NCBI GenBank assembly: GCA_963775955.1
Contig: CAVZKT010000003.1
Coordinates: 14,805-78,804, forward strand
Origin: Candidatus Moraniibacteriota bacterium
Lineage (GTDB): Bacteria > Patescibacteriota > Minisyncoccia > Moranbacterales > UBA2206
Length of the DNA stretch: 64,000 nucleotides
Direction: 5' to 3'
Shown here: one piece after another, positions 45,916-57,241 of the stretch
Layout: each line of letters opens with the position of its first letter
How positions within the stretch are numbered: the stretch's first letter is position 1
Position numbers and translations under genes: made by a program
Notes under the pieces: model-generated
The model's input: only the letters and a program-made list of their open reading frames with translations
Database searches by the model: none
What the model was told of the DNA's origin: nothing

Positions 45916-47121
45916 AACTATTTTTGATAAAAATCGGCAAGACCTTAAACGTAATCCGACAGGACGGATTAATTAACGGAATTGCAAGAATTGCAGTGGC
46001 CTTTTTTGGCATGTTTCAAAAAGTTGGACGGGGCGATGTTCTTTTTGTGACAAACGGAATAGGGGATAGCGCCAGATATAGAACTCGTAATATTTCTGAA
46101 GAATTAAAAGCGCATGGATTGCAGTCCAGTGTTACTGTTCAGGATAACCCAATGCTTCTTAGTTATGTCAGTAAGTTTAAAATTTTTGTTTTTCATCGGG
46201 CACTTTTTACGGCACGGGTTAAAAAGATGATTGAAAAAATTAAACAGCGAGGAGGAGAAATAATTTTTGAAGCTGATGACCTTGTTTTTGATCCCAAATA
46301 CTTTACACAGCTTGAATATTTTAAAAATATGAATCAGTTAGAAAAAAAACTTTATGAACGGGGATTGGGCGGAGAAATTTTGAAAGATCCATATGTGAAA
46401 ATTTGCACCACCACCACTTCTTGTTTAGCCAAAATATTGGAAGGATACGGAAAAAAAGTTTTTATCGTCCCTAATAAATTATCCGACGATGACTTAAAAA
46501 TTGCAGATAAAATCATAAAATATAAAACATTGAACATAAAACAGTGTTACGTGCTTCATGCTCCATGCTCTATGATTAAAATCGGTTATTTTTCAGGTAC
46601 TAAAAGCCACGACCGTGATTTTGCAACAATTGCTGATGCACTGGTAGATATAATGAAAAAATTTCCCGATGTCAGGCTTGTTTTGGCCGGACCATTGGAT
46701 ACCGGCCAAAAACTTGTTGGATATGAAAGTAGGATCAGGCGGCTGGCGTATGTTCCCAGAAAAATAAATTTTGAAAATATCGCATCGGTTGATATAAATA
46801 TTGTTCCGCTGGAAATCGGTGATCCGTTTTGCGAATCAAAATCAGAGCTTAAATTTTTTGAAGCTGGAATTCTGGGAGGTGCCGACCGTGGCTGCTGCCA
46901 CTCAAACTTTCCGTGAAGCTATCGCGGACGGCGTGGACGGTTTTTTGGCTAGCAATACAGAAGATTGGGTGGAAAAACTGGAAAAATTAATTACTGATAA
47001 AAAATTAAGGAAAGAGATGGGCAAAAAAGCGCGGGAAAAAGCCTTGCAAAAATATACTGTAAAAAACAGCAGTAATGAAGAGTATTATAATTATTTAAGA
47101 AGTAGACTGAATAATATATAA
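45912..47121 (+). CDS. Glycosyltransferase (group 1-like C-terminal domain), one frameshift
   Basis: KFFEAGILG (frame of 45912) continues as VPTVAAATQTFREAIADGVDGFLASNTEDWVEKL (frame of 46801). The switch is at about 46874-46880 in GGGAGG. Confidence 0.65.
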
Positions 47122-47125
47122 AGAT

Positions 47126-48064
47126 ATGGCTACTTTGCAAGACGCGGTAAATTTGCTTAAATGCAATATTTGCGGAGGAAATTTTAATGTTTATGGAGAA
47201 AATTCAATAAGGTGCTCTGATTGCAAAAAAGAAGTCGCGATAATTAATAAAAATATTTTTCAGTTCGAAAGAAATACTGTATCCGGGGATATTATGGAAA
47301 ACACGATGTATGGACCAGAAAAAGACGAGCTAAAAAAAGAACTTTTTAAAGAAAAGCCGGATTGGCTTTTAACTGGAGAAAAAATCGAAACTGTCAATAA
47401 TCCGGTTATTCTTGATTATGGTTGTGGTTCAAGCCGGCAGATTTTTGATTTCGCAAATTATTTTAAATCAAAGATAATTTTTGGGGTTGATTTTGATTTA
47501 AGTCCCTTAATTATATCCTCGCAAATAGCGGAGGAATTTGGATATAACAACGTTTTTTTTGTCCAATATTCCGCAATAAATATTCCATTTGGGGACGCTG
47601 TATTCGATATTGTTTCTGCTCATCAAGTGCTAGAACACTTATCTGATCCTAAAAAAGCAATGGAAGAAATTTCAAAAAAAATGAAAAAAGGCGCTTTTTT
47701 TGAAGCAGACTTTCCCAATGGGCATTCGCTTGGTGAAATAATGAGGCATGTTTTTCATAAAATAATCAGGCGAAAAAATCCTCATATTTCAAAAATCAAT
47801 CTAAGGAAAGCAAATAAGATGTTTGCAGGCGCACAGTTAAAAGTGGTTAAATTTACACCGGATCAAATTTTTTCCGGGCCGATCATATATTTCTATGAAG
47901 GATTTCTTATGCGTTTTTTGAAGAAAAAAAATAAATTATGGGAAACAAGAAAAAAGCTGAAAAAAAACATCGTGTTAAAATTTATCATCAATTTTGAGAG
48001 AAGGCTGTCCTTATTGTTTCCCAGATTAGCACATAATTTTAGGTTTATATTAGTTAAAAAATAA
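47126..48064 (+). CDS. Class I SAM-dependent methyltransferase with N-terminal zinc-ribbon
   Basis: Motifs CNICGG...[17 protein letters not shown] (motif I), [22 protein letters not shown]. Confidence 0.75.
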   Translation: MATLQDAVNLLKCNICGGNFNVYGENSIRCSDCKKEVAIINKNIFQFERNTVSGDIMENTMYGPEKDELKKELFKEKPDWLLTGEKIETVNNPVILDYGCGSSRQIFDFANYFKSKIIFGVDFDLSPLIISSQIAEEFGYNNVFFVQYSAINIPFGDAVFDIVSAHQVLEHLSDPKKAMEEISKKMKKGAFFEADFPNGHSLGEIMRHVFHKIIRRKNPHISKINLRKANKMFAGAQLKVVKFTPDQIFSGPIIYFYEGFLMRFLKKKNKLWETRKKLKKNIVLKFIINFERRLSLLFPRLAHNFRFILVKK

Positions 48065-48081
48065 TATCTAAATTTAAACTT

Positions 48082-49036
48082 ATGAAAATATTAATCACTG
48101 GCGGAGCAGGATTTATTGGTTCGGCGCTCGCTAAAAAATTGATGGACAGGGGAGACAAAATTGTGTTGATTGATAATTTCAATAATTACTACGATCCGAA
48201 ACTAAAGCGCGATCGCACTAAAGATATTTTTAAAAGGATATAAATTCAAGCTGTATAAGGGCGACATTCGGGACACGAAACTTTTGGAAAAAATATTCAA
48301 GACCGAAAAACTGGACAAGGTGATGCATCTGGCGGCTTTGGCCGGCGTGCGCAATTCGCTTCTTGATCCGCTGGCTTATGAAGATGTGAATATTAAAGGC
48401 ACTTTGAATTTGCTGGAAATGGCGCGCAAATATAAAATCAAAAATTTTGTGTATGCTTCTTCTTCTTCAGTTTATGGCAATAATAAAAAACAGCCGTTTT
48501 CCGAGTTGGATAATGTGGATATGCCCATTTCGCCCTATGCCGCCACCAAGAAGGCTACAGAGCTTCTGGCACATGTTTACAGCCATATTTACGGCCTAAA
48601 TACGACCGGATTGCGCTATTTTACGGTTTATGGGCCCTGGGGAAGGCCGGATATGGCGCTTTTTCTTTTTGCCGACGGAATTACGAAAGGTAAGCCGATC
48701 AAAGTTTTTAATTATGGAAAAATGAGCCGGAATTTCACTTATGTGGACGATATCGTTTCCGGAACAATTAAAGTTATTGACGCCAATCTGAAATGCGAAA
48801 TTATGAATATCGGCGGAGATCGCGAAGAAACTCTGATGCGCTATATTGAAGTTTTGGAAAAATGCCTGGGGGGAAAAGCCAAGAAAAAAATGCTGCCGAT
48901 GCAACCTGGAGATGTTCCCGCCACCGTGGCCGACATTCGCAAACTGCGCAAACTCGGCTGGAAGCCGACGACGAGGATTGAGAAGGGGATTAAAAAATTT
49001 GTGGAGTGGTACTGCGGGTATTATGGAGTCAAATAA
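48082..49036 (+). CDS. NAD-dependent sugar epimerase (UDP-glucuronate 4-epimerase-like SDR), one frameshift
   Basis: The N-terminus [20 protein letters not shown] is in one frame. [20 protein letters not shown] and YAATKKATE (YxxxK) are in the frame of 48284. The switch is at about 48225-48245 in T/A runs. Confidence 0.8.
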
Positions 49037-49211
49037 TTTTATAAAATAATTTTAGTTATCCACAGTAACGCTGTTTACTTAATTCGGCAATTATATTATG
49101 ATAGAAATAAGCGATTGCTAACTTTTTAAATATTTTTTGAAAATAATTTATCCGGGAATTCGTCTTCGGATTTTTTAATGGAATTATCATCTTTTATAAT
49201 AACTTTTTAGC

Positions 49212-49239
49212 CACTACCGTAATACTTATTACGGTAGTG
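49212..49239. promoter_or_regulatory. Perfect palindrome, copy A
   Basis: CACTACCGTAAT-ACTT-ATTACGGTAGTG, ending 9 nt before ATG 49249. Confidence 0.65.
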
Positions 49240-49248
49240 AAAATAAAA

Positions 49249-49705
49249 ATGTCGGGAAAAGTAAAATATCATGAATTAAGCGAGAGCGAAAAGAAAAAAT
49301 ATTTGGGAGATTTTTATTCCATGATTGCCCTGCTGAAAACGCGGGATGACGCCAAAAATTTTTTTAAGGATCTTTTGTCTTTGAGCGAAATCGTGATGAT
49401 TTCCCGACGCATACAAATAGCCAAGATGCTTTTGGAGGAACATACATATGAATCCATAAGAAAGGAATTGAGAGTCTGGGCCGTTAAACATCAGTCAGGT
49501 GGAAAAGTGGCTTAATAACGGCTTTGGCGGATATCGCAAAATTATAGCGGAGTATAAGAAAAAATATCCAAACAGGAGCGACTTTGAAAAATACGGCTAT
49601 CCGGCTTTTTCAAGGGAGTGGGTGAAAAAGAAATATCCCGCGCATTCTCTTTTGGCAAATCTTTTAAGCGGAAAAATTAGTGGAAAAGTTGGCGGAAGGG
49701 GGTGA
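49249..49705 (+). CDS. TrpR-like (YerC/YecD family) DNA-binding protein, one frameshift
   Basis: FFKDLLSLSEIVMISRRIQIAKMLLEEHTYESIRKEL resembles the YerC/YecD helix pattern. It continues as GPLNISQVEKWLNNGFGGYRK in the frame of 49499. The switch is at about 49465-49475. Confidence 0.6.
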
Positions 49706-49713
49706 AAATCAGC

Positions 49714-49741
49714 CACTACCGTAATACTTATTACGGTAGTG
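49714..49741. promoter_or_regulatory. Perfect palindrome, copy B
   Basis: Identical 28-mer, starting 9 nt after the stop at 49705. Confidence 0.65.
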
Positions 49742-49833
49742 TTTAAATATATAAAAGGTAAATATAAATTAATAAATTAAAATAAAAAAACAATTTTTGC
49801 AAAGTTTTTTGCAGGGGTTGTTAAAACAAAAGT

Positions 49834-50091
49834 ATGGATGGATTCTTCGCTTATTATGGAGCCCTAGGGCTAGGCATTTTTTTGGGTTCTCTAATTATTG
49901 GATTGGTGATATCATTTATTTTTAGTAAGATTCTTAAAAATTTTTGGGTATTTCCTGCCATAATGGCTCTAATAGCAGTTGTCTTTTATATTATTGGAAT
50001 GACTTTTACGGCATTTCTCTACTTAATGATAGTTATATTTGTTTTATTGTTTTTAATTATTAAAGGACATGCAAAAAATGAAATTAAATAA
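49834..50091 (+). CDS. Small 3-TM membrane protein
   Basis: 85-aa hydrophobic ORF. Confidence 0.5.
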   Translation: MDGFFAYYGALGLGIFLGSLIIGLVISFIFSKILKNFWVFPAIMALIAVVFYIIGMTFTAFLYLMIVIFVLLFLIIKGHAKNEIK

Positions 50092-52461
50092 AAAAATTGG
50101 ATTTATTTTTCTGATCTTTGTAATTACTTTTGCTCCCATATCTTTTTCTAATATATTTGTCAAATCCCAGGAAGCCGGTTATGAAGAAATAGGCGGTTAT
50201 GAAGAATGGACGACTGACCAGACAATCTCCGGTTTAATAACAGTCAATACCGGAGCAACTTTGGTGATAAAAAGTGGAATTACCCTAACTTTTAATGGCG
50301 GCAATATTGATGTTAAAGGAAGCTTAATCGTTAGTGGAACAGTGAAATATCCAGTTAAATTTCAAAGAGCGGAAGGAGCTGAATATTATTCAATCAAAGT
50401 TGAAAGTGATGGAAAATTAATAATGAGAAATTCCGAAATGAGTGGCGCGGGATTAATGGCGGTTCCCATTGCGGATAATTCCCTGCTAAACACAGCCAAT
50501 GCGTTTTATGAAGGTGGAATAAATATGAACGGCGGGACGTTGAATGTTCAGGGGAGCAATTTTCACGACAACGATGTTGCGATTAGCATTAGCAGAAGCA
50601 GCGCCGGGAAAGTTATTATCAACCGGTCAAAATTTTCCAACAGCCAGACAATGGATGTTTACTATAATAGCGCCTCCTCAAGCCCTTCGGTGGATTTTCA
50701 GATACAACTGGTGGGGAAGCCCGACTGGTCCATCTCAAATATGTGAAGAAGGTTACGGTTGTTATTATGATAAGATGGATGGAAAAATAGATTCTTCCAA
50801 TTATCTGACTCAAGAAGATTTTCGCGATCCGGTGATAATTATTCCCGGTATTTTGGGTTCATTTGACTTTTTTGGCGAACAAAGGTTGGATCCATTTTTA
50901 CACACTTATGATTATTTATATGAAACATTTGAGTTGAATGGCTACAATCCGGAACAAAAACTTTTTGCTTTTCCTTATGAATGGCGCGATAGTAATATAG
51001 ATAACGCGCAAAAACTAAAAATTAAAATTGATGAAATAAAGCAGGCTAATAATTGGCCGAAAGTGGACATCGTAGCTCATTCAATGGGCGGACTTTTGGC
51101 GCGTGAATATATTGAATCCGAATATTATGGCAATGATGTGGATCAATTGATTACTCTTGGAACTCCACAAAAAGGAGCGCCTAAGGATTATTTGACTTGG
51201 GAAGGCGGAAAAATGGCATCTTCTAAGTTTGACTTCCTGGCTATGTTTATGGAGGATATTTTTCGAGCAGAATCATTGAAAAAAGGTTTCACAAATATAT
51301 TTGACTACGTTCGAAATCGACCAATTCTTTCTGTCCAAGAATTATTGCCCATTTACAGCTATCTTTACGATGATGGAAATCAAAGAGTTTATCCGACTGA
51401 TTATCCGGTCAACTTATTTTTAGAAACCTTAAATAATTCGAGTGGAATTTCCAAATTGCATAATGTTGAATTTGACAATATCGTCGGCAATTTAGATGGT
51501 TCCGATAATACGATTTCGCGAATTGATGTGGTTAAAAGCGATGACGATGTTATTATGGGAACACGGTTATCCCGAAGATTTTGATTCGCTATTAGGAAAT
51601 CATGGTTTGGTGTATGGAGATGGCGATGGCACAGTGCCGCTTGAATCAGCAAGCCTTCCAACAGCTGACGAAAAAATTGAAATTAACGCGAAACACGGCG
51701 CTCTGCCGGAAGACGCTGCGGGGGAAACTTTTAAGCTTCTCACAAAACATTTTCCGCAAAATATTTCTCTCTCAAAACGGATAAAAAATATCATATCCAT
51801 TTTTGTCTTTTCCCCAATTGACATTCAGGTTATTGCGCCGAGCGGGAAATGGGTTGGCAGGAATATAAAAAATCTGGATGAAGCGGACATAATTCCCGGC
51901 GCGTATTATACGGGCTATGACGGAGTGGACAGCGAGTTTTTGACCATTCCTGATCCGGAAAATGGAGACTATAAAATTATCACGCAGGGCACGGGAGGCG
52001 GGGATTACCGGGTTGAAATTTCCCGGCTGACTGAAAATTCTGACACGGGAAAAGTTGCGGAAATAAATGGAGAAATTTCCGGAACAGCAATTAATGGAGC
52101 TGAAGAGGAAAAAATAGTCACAGTTAAAGACAATGAAATCGTGACTGAAACTGAAGAAGCGCCGGAAATTACGCCTGACACTATTTCACAAAATATTGCC
52201 CAATACCGAAAAATGGCCTGATAACCAAAAAAACCGCCAATGCTTTGCAATTGCGCGTTAAACTGATTTCCCATACACTGGATATGCTGGCTAAGATGAA
52301 AGAAAAATAACAAGCCTAGGGTTGAAAAAGTTTTGACCAGGCTTTTGAAAAAACAAATTGACGATATGATCAAACTCATCCAGAAAAAATTCGCGGGGAC
52401 AATTAAGCCGCCGGCGGGGGAGCTGCTAATCGAAAGCCTGAATTCCCTAAAATACAATTAA
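50069..52461 (+). CDS. Secreted lipase/esterase-like protein (beta-helix-like N-domain + PGAP1/LCAT-like alpha/beta hydrolase), at least 4 frameshifts
   Basis: Signal/TM segment MKLNKKIGFIFLIFVITFAPISF, then NVQGSNFHDNDVAISI...YNWWGSPTGP, then the nucleophile elbow VAHSMGGLLAREY, then GDGDGTVPLESA. Pieces lie in the frames of 50069, 50544 and 51496 plus two more tail frames to stop 52459-52461. Confidence 0.7.
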
Positions 52462-52486
52462 ACTAACTTAAAACTTTTAAGCAGGT

Positions 52487-52522
52487 CAGCCACTACCGTA
52501 ATACTTATTACGGTAGTGGCTG
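52487..52522. promoter_or_regulatory. Perfect palindrome, copy C (16-bp arms)
   Basis: CAGCCACTACCGTAAT-ACTT-ATTACGGTAGTGGCTG. Confidence 0.65.
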
Positions 52523-52679
52523 TGTGAGGGCGCTGGATGTGGAAATAAATGTGGAGGAATAAGTGTTTTTCTGCCTATTTTTGTTTGGCTTTATTTTTTA
52601 ACCGTAAAATGCTACAATTTTACATATAGCAAAACATCATAAAAATTACAGCTTAAAATAATCCAGGGGGTATAAAAAA

Positions 52680-55528
52680 ATGGAAAAGAAAACAATCTGG
52701 CTGGGTGTTTGCGGGATAATCTTTTTTTCGTTTGCCATTGCTAATGCGAGATCGGCGGAAGACGCTTCGTCCGGCCTTGAAACAGACAAAAATACTTCCG
52801 CTTTTCAAAGTCTCAACGAAAAGGCCGGAGGAGATTTGACGTATTCAATTGACAGGAATACGGGGAAAGTTACTTTTATCAGGTCGGAAAAAGGGGGCAT
52901 TCCTCTGGAAATCCAAAAAAACACTGAAAGGTTTAGTCTAGCTGATTCCGCTTCTATCGCCAGTCAGTTCATTGAAGAATATGGAACTTATTTTGGAGTT
53001 GCCGATCCCGGGAAGGATCTCCTTTTTTCAAAAAAAGATACTGATTCCCTGGAGATGACCCATGTCCGTTATGGCCAAAGATATAAGGGAATTCCGGTTT
53101 TTGGCGGCCAGATTATCGTCCACCTGGAAAAAAACAAAGGAATAAAGTCGGCTAATGGAAAAGTTGTTCCTGATATTTCTCTAGACACCTCTCCCGGTAT
53201 TTCAGAAGATCAAGCATTGGAAAAAGCCAGGGAATTATGGAAAGAACAAAAAAGGCCTGAATCGCCCGGGGTGCTGAAAAATAAACTTTATATTTTTAAC
53301 AAAAGCCTGTTTCAAGGCTGGTCGGATGACACAAAAAATTATTTAGTCTGGAGGGTTGAATTGTATAAAGACAGGCCCGCCAGCCATGAATACTTTTTTA
53401 TTGACGCCAAGAATGGAGATCTAGTTTTTCAAATTACCGGAATGCAGGACGCGATAAACCGCGAAATTTATGAGTGCGCTCTCTTTGATCTTGATTGCCA
53501 TTTGGATTACAACTATCCTTTTGATGATTATGACGATTATTATTATGGAAGATCGGAAGGCCAGCCGGCTCGCGGGCTCCACCCCGTTCTTGGCCTTTTT
53601 GATACCGATAATTTATATGACAGGACTGGAGATAATTACGATTATTATTTAGAAAAATTTTCCAGGGACGGCGCCAACAATCTAGGCGGTATGGGAGATT
53701 CAACGGATCCCTTGCCGGCTTATCCCCACTTCAATAATGCCGTGACCGCCGGATACACTCTTATTGATTATTTTTTTCTCGATTGGTTTGTAGGGACATG
53801 CCCTAACTCCTGGTTTGACGGAGTAGCTTCAATTCACTTTTGCCAAGACGAAACAACCCATGATATCGTTGGCCACGAATACGCCCACGCGGTAAATTAT
53901 TATTCAGTGCTGGACGGCGGGGATCCATCCGGGCTTATTTATTCCGGCGAATCGGGAGCGCTTAATGAAAATAATTCTGATGTTTTTGGCGAGGCCTTGG
54001 AATATTACAGCGCCGAAAGCAACGACTGGCTGTTTGGGGAAGACGCCCCCGGAGGCCCCTTTCGCGATATGAGCATGCCTTCTAATTATACTTACAATGT
54101 CGGTGGCGGAAACATGCCTTATCCCAATAAATTTTACGATTCCAACTACTATTGCGGAGAGGAAGATAATAATGGAGTGCATCTCAACAATTCAGTTCCC
54201 AACCACGCGGCCTATTTAATGGCGATGGGGGGAACATATAATAGCTGCGCAATATCGGCGATAGGAAGAGAAAAAAGAGGAAGCTATATTTTATCGGGCT
54301 CAAACTACTTATTATATCCCTAGCACGGATTTTAACGGCGCTTACGACGCCCTCATATCTTCTTGTGATGATTTATATGGTTCCGGAAGCGCGGATTGCA
54401 TTAATGTGATCAAGGCTCTGCGATCCGTTGAAATGGATCAGGGAGGACAGTGCGGTGAAATTCCGCGGGTTGCCCCCGCTTGCGACGCTCCAACTATAAC
54501 CGGTGTTTCCTCCGGCAAAACAAATGGCTTCTATGATACGGGAGATATTATTGACATAGATGTTACTTTTTCAAGAGCGGTTACCTCGGTTGGAGACGTG
54601 ACGGTTACATTGGAAACAGGCGATGTTGATCAAAGCTGCACTTTTGCTGTTTTGGATTCCACTACTGGAACATGCGATTATACTGTTCAGGACGGGGACG
54701 TTAGCAATGATTTAAATGTATTAAGTATTTCCGGAACCATAGCCGATCCAGACGAATGGGCCATAACAAATTTCACTCCGGCCGTAAATCTGGCGGTTAA
54801 TAAAAATATAAAGATAAATAGCGCGTATACAGCTTATGTCGGCCTCTTCCGCCCCAGCACCCATACTTTTTATCTCAAAAGCGCTAATAACGCTTCGGCA
54901 TCATCTACTAAGATTATTTGGGGAAAATCAACTGATATTCCGCTGGTCGGCGACTGGGACGGAGACGGGATTGATACAATCGGCCTCTTCCGCCCCAGCA
55001 CCCATACTTTTTATCTCAAAAGCGCTAATAACGCTTCGGCATCATCTACTAAGATTATTTGGGGAAAATCAACTGATATTCCGCTGGTCGGCGACTGGGA
55101 CGGAGAACGGGATTGATACAATCGGCCTCTTCCGCCCCAGCACCCATACTTTTTATCTCAAAAGCGCTAATAACGCTTCGGCATCATCTACTAAGATTAT
55201 CTGGGGAAGATCAACTGATATTCCGCTGGTCGGCGACTGGGACGGAGACGGGATTGATACAATCGGCCTCTTCCGCCCCAGCACCCATACTTTTTATCTC
55301 AAAAGCGCTAATAACGCTTCGGCATCATCTACTAAGATTATCTGGGGAAGATCAACTGATATTCCGCTGGTCGGCGACTGGGACGGAGACGGGATTGATA
55401 CAATCGGCCTCTTCCGCCCCAGCACCCATACTTTTTATCTCAAAAGCGCTAATAACGCTTCGGCATCATCTACTAAGATTATCTGGGGAAGATCAACTGA
55501 TTTGCCGATAATCGGAGCGTGGCAGTAA
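52680..55528 (+). CDS. Secreted M4 (thermolysin-family) metalloprotease with Ig-like domain and 5 FG-GAP/VCBS-like repeats, 2 frameshifts
   Basis: Signal peptide present. HEXXH motif in VGHEYAHAV. Third zinc-ligand motif GALNENNSDVFGEA. Frame switches lie in the A-run at about 54270-54276 and at the extra A at about 55106. C-terminal repeat unit: GDWDGDGIDTIGLFRPSTHTFYLK. Confidence 0.85.
54839..55528 (+). repeat. Five near-identical 141-nt tandem repeats (last one partial)
   Basis: Repeat starts marked by GGCCTCTTCC at 54841, 54982, 55124, 55265 and 55406. Spacings are 141, 142, 141 and 141 nt. Confidence 0.9.
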
Positions 55529-55617
55529 AATGAAAATTTGCAGTTTTAATTAGAATAGATTATAATAATCAAGGTCGCTGAGAATTTTTTTATTTAAATA
55601 ACAATTTATATAAAATT

Positions 55618-55872
55618 ATGGAAGTCAACAAAAAAATAGTATGCCTCATGTTGTTTTTATTCGCCCTAGTTTTTGTTTTGCCGGCCAAGGAGGCGCACGC
55701 CTATCTTGATCCGGGCTCCGGTAGTTACATGCTCCAGCTTATTGTCGCGGGACTGGCCGGATTTATAATCTCCCTCAAAATGTTTTGGAGACAAATAAGC
55801 GCTTTTATCACTAATTTATTTTCAAAAACTAAAGCCAATCAACCCATAAAGAACAAAAATGACAATGAATAA
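55618..55872 (+). CDS. Small membrane protein with YLDPGSGS motif
   Basis: Signal/TM segment, then AYLDPGSGSYMLQLIVAGLAGFII. I recall this motif from uncharacterised small proteins but cannot name the family. Confidence 0.55.
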   Translation: MEVNKKIVCLMLFLFALVFVLPAKEAHAYLDPGSGSYMLQLIVAGLAGFIISLKMFWRQISAFITNLFSKTKANQPIKNKNDNE

Positions 55873-57241
55873 TACACCCGGATTTTTTCGAGACCCGAGT
55901 GGCTTTGTTTTTGAAAAAGACGGGAAACTTTACAGACAAGTTAACAATCAATACAAGGAAAATTACGATTTATTAATAAGCTCTGGCCTATATAATAAGC
56001 TTGTAGAAAACCAATTATTAATTCCTCACAAGGAAGAAAATTTGAGTTTTTTACAAACGGACAGAGCTTATAAAATATTGCTTCCCGAACGGATCCCCTT
56101 TATTTCTTATCCGTACGAATGGTGTTTTTCCCAGCTGAAAGACGCTGCTCTGACTACATTAAAAATTCAGAAAATCGCCTTGGAATATAACATGTCGCTA
56201 AAAGACGCCAGCGCCTACAATATCCAATTTTTTGAAGGCAAGCCTTTATTGATAGACACGTTATCGTTTGAAAAATATACAGAAGGCAAGCCCTGGGTCG
56301 CTTATAAGCAATTTTGCCAGCACTTTTTGGCCCCCCTAGCCTTGTCCAGCCGCAAGGATATCCGCTTGAATTTAATGTCCCGGCTTTTCATAGATGGAAT
56401 TCCGCTGGACTTGGCTTCCAAACTTTTGCCGGCAGCGACAAAAATAAATCTTGGGTTGTTGTTTCATATTCATTTGCACGCTTATGCGCAAAAAAAGTAT
56501 GCGGACAAAAAAATAAACAAGAAAGCTTTAAAAGGGGGCATGAATAAAAAAGCGCTTTTAGGAGTGCTGGCAAGCCTGGAATCTGCAATTAATAATTTAA
56601 AATGGAAACCGGAAGGCACTGAATGGGCGGACTATTATCCTTCAAATAATAACTATATTTCGGAATCTTTAAAAAATAAAAGTAATTTGATAAGCGGATT
56701 TATTGATATATTGAAGCCAAAAAATGTTTGGGACTTCGGCGGGAATACGGGACTCTTCAGCAGAGTGGCGTCAGACAAAAACATTGAGACGATATCTTTT
56801 GATATTGACCCGTCAGCCGTAGAAATAAACTACCAAACAGTCAAAAAAAACAAGGAAGAAAATATTTTGCCGCTGATAATAGATTTAACCAATCCCAGCC
56901 CCAAATTAGGCTGGGACAATAACGAGAGAGAATCATTTTTTAAGAGGGGATCCGCGGAAACAGGGCTGGCCTTGGCCCTAATTCACCACCTGGCAATCTC
57001 AAATAATGTACCACTGCCCGAACTAGCCAGATTTTTTGCAGCCTATTGCGATTCTCTTATTATCGAATTTATTCCCAAAGAAGATTCGCAAGTCAAAAAA
57101 CTTTTGGCCACCCGGGAAGATATTTTCCCGAATTATACGCCCCAGGGATTTGTCGAGGCATTTCAAAAATATTTCAAGGTTGTGAAAACCGCACCCATTG
57201 AAAATAGCCAGCGAACTCTCTATTTAATGGAAAAAATATGA
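55859..57241 (+). CDS. Two-domain protein with C-terminal class I methyltransferase-like fold
   Basis: NVWDFGGNTGLFSRVA (motif I-like) ... FDIDPSAVE ... LALIHHL. The N-terminal domain of about 250 aa is unassigned. Confidence 0.55.
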   Translation: MTMNNTPGFFRDPSGFVFEKDGKLYRQVNNQYKENYDLLISSGLYNKLVENQLLIPHKEENLSFLQTDRAYKILLPERIPFISYPYEWCFSQLKDAALTTLKIQKIALEYNMSLKDASAYNIQFFEGKPLLIDTLSFEKYTEGKPWVAYKQFCQHFLAPLALSSRKDIRLNLMSRLFIDGIPLDLASKLLPAATKINLGLLFHIHLHAYAQKKYADKKINKKALKGGMNKKALLGVLASLESAINNLKWKPEGTEWADYYPSNNNYISESLKNKSNLISGFIDILKPKNVWDFGGNTGLFSRVASDKNIETISFDIDPSAVEINYQTVKKNKEENILPLIIDLTNPSPKLGWDNNERESFFKRGSAETGLALALIHHLAISNNVPLPELARFFAAYCDSLIIEFIPKEDSQVKKLLATREDIFPNYTPQGFVEAFQKYFKVVKTAPIENSQRTLYLMEKI

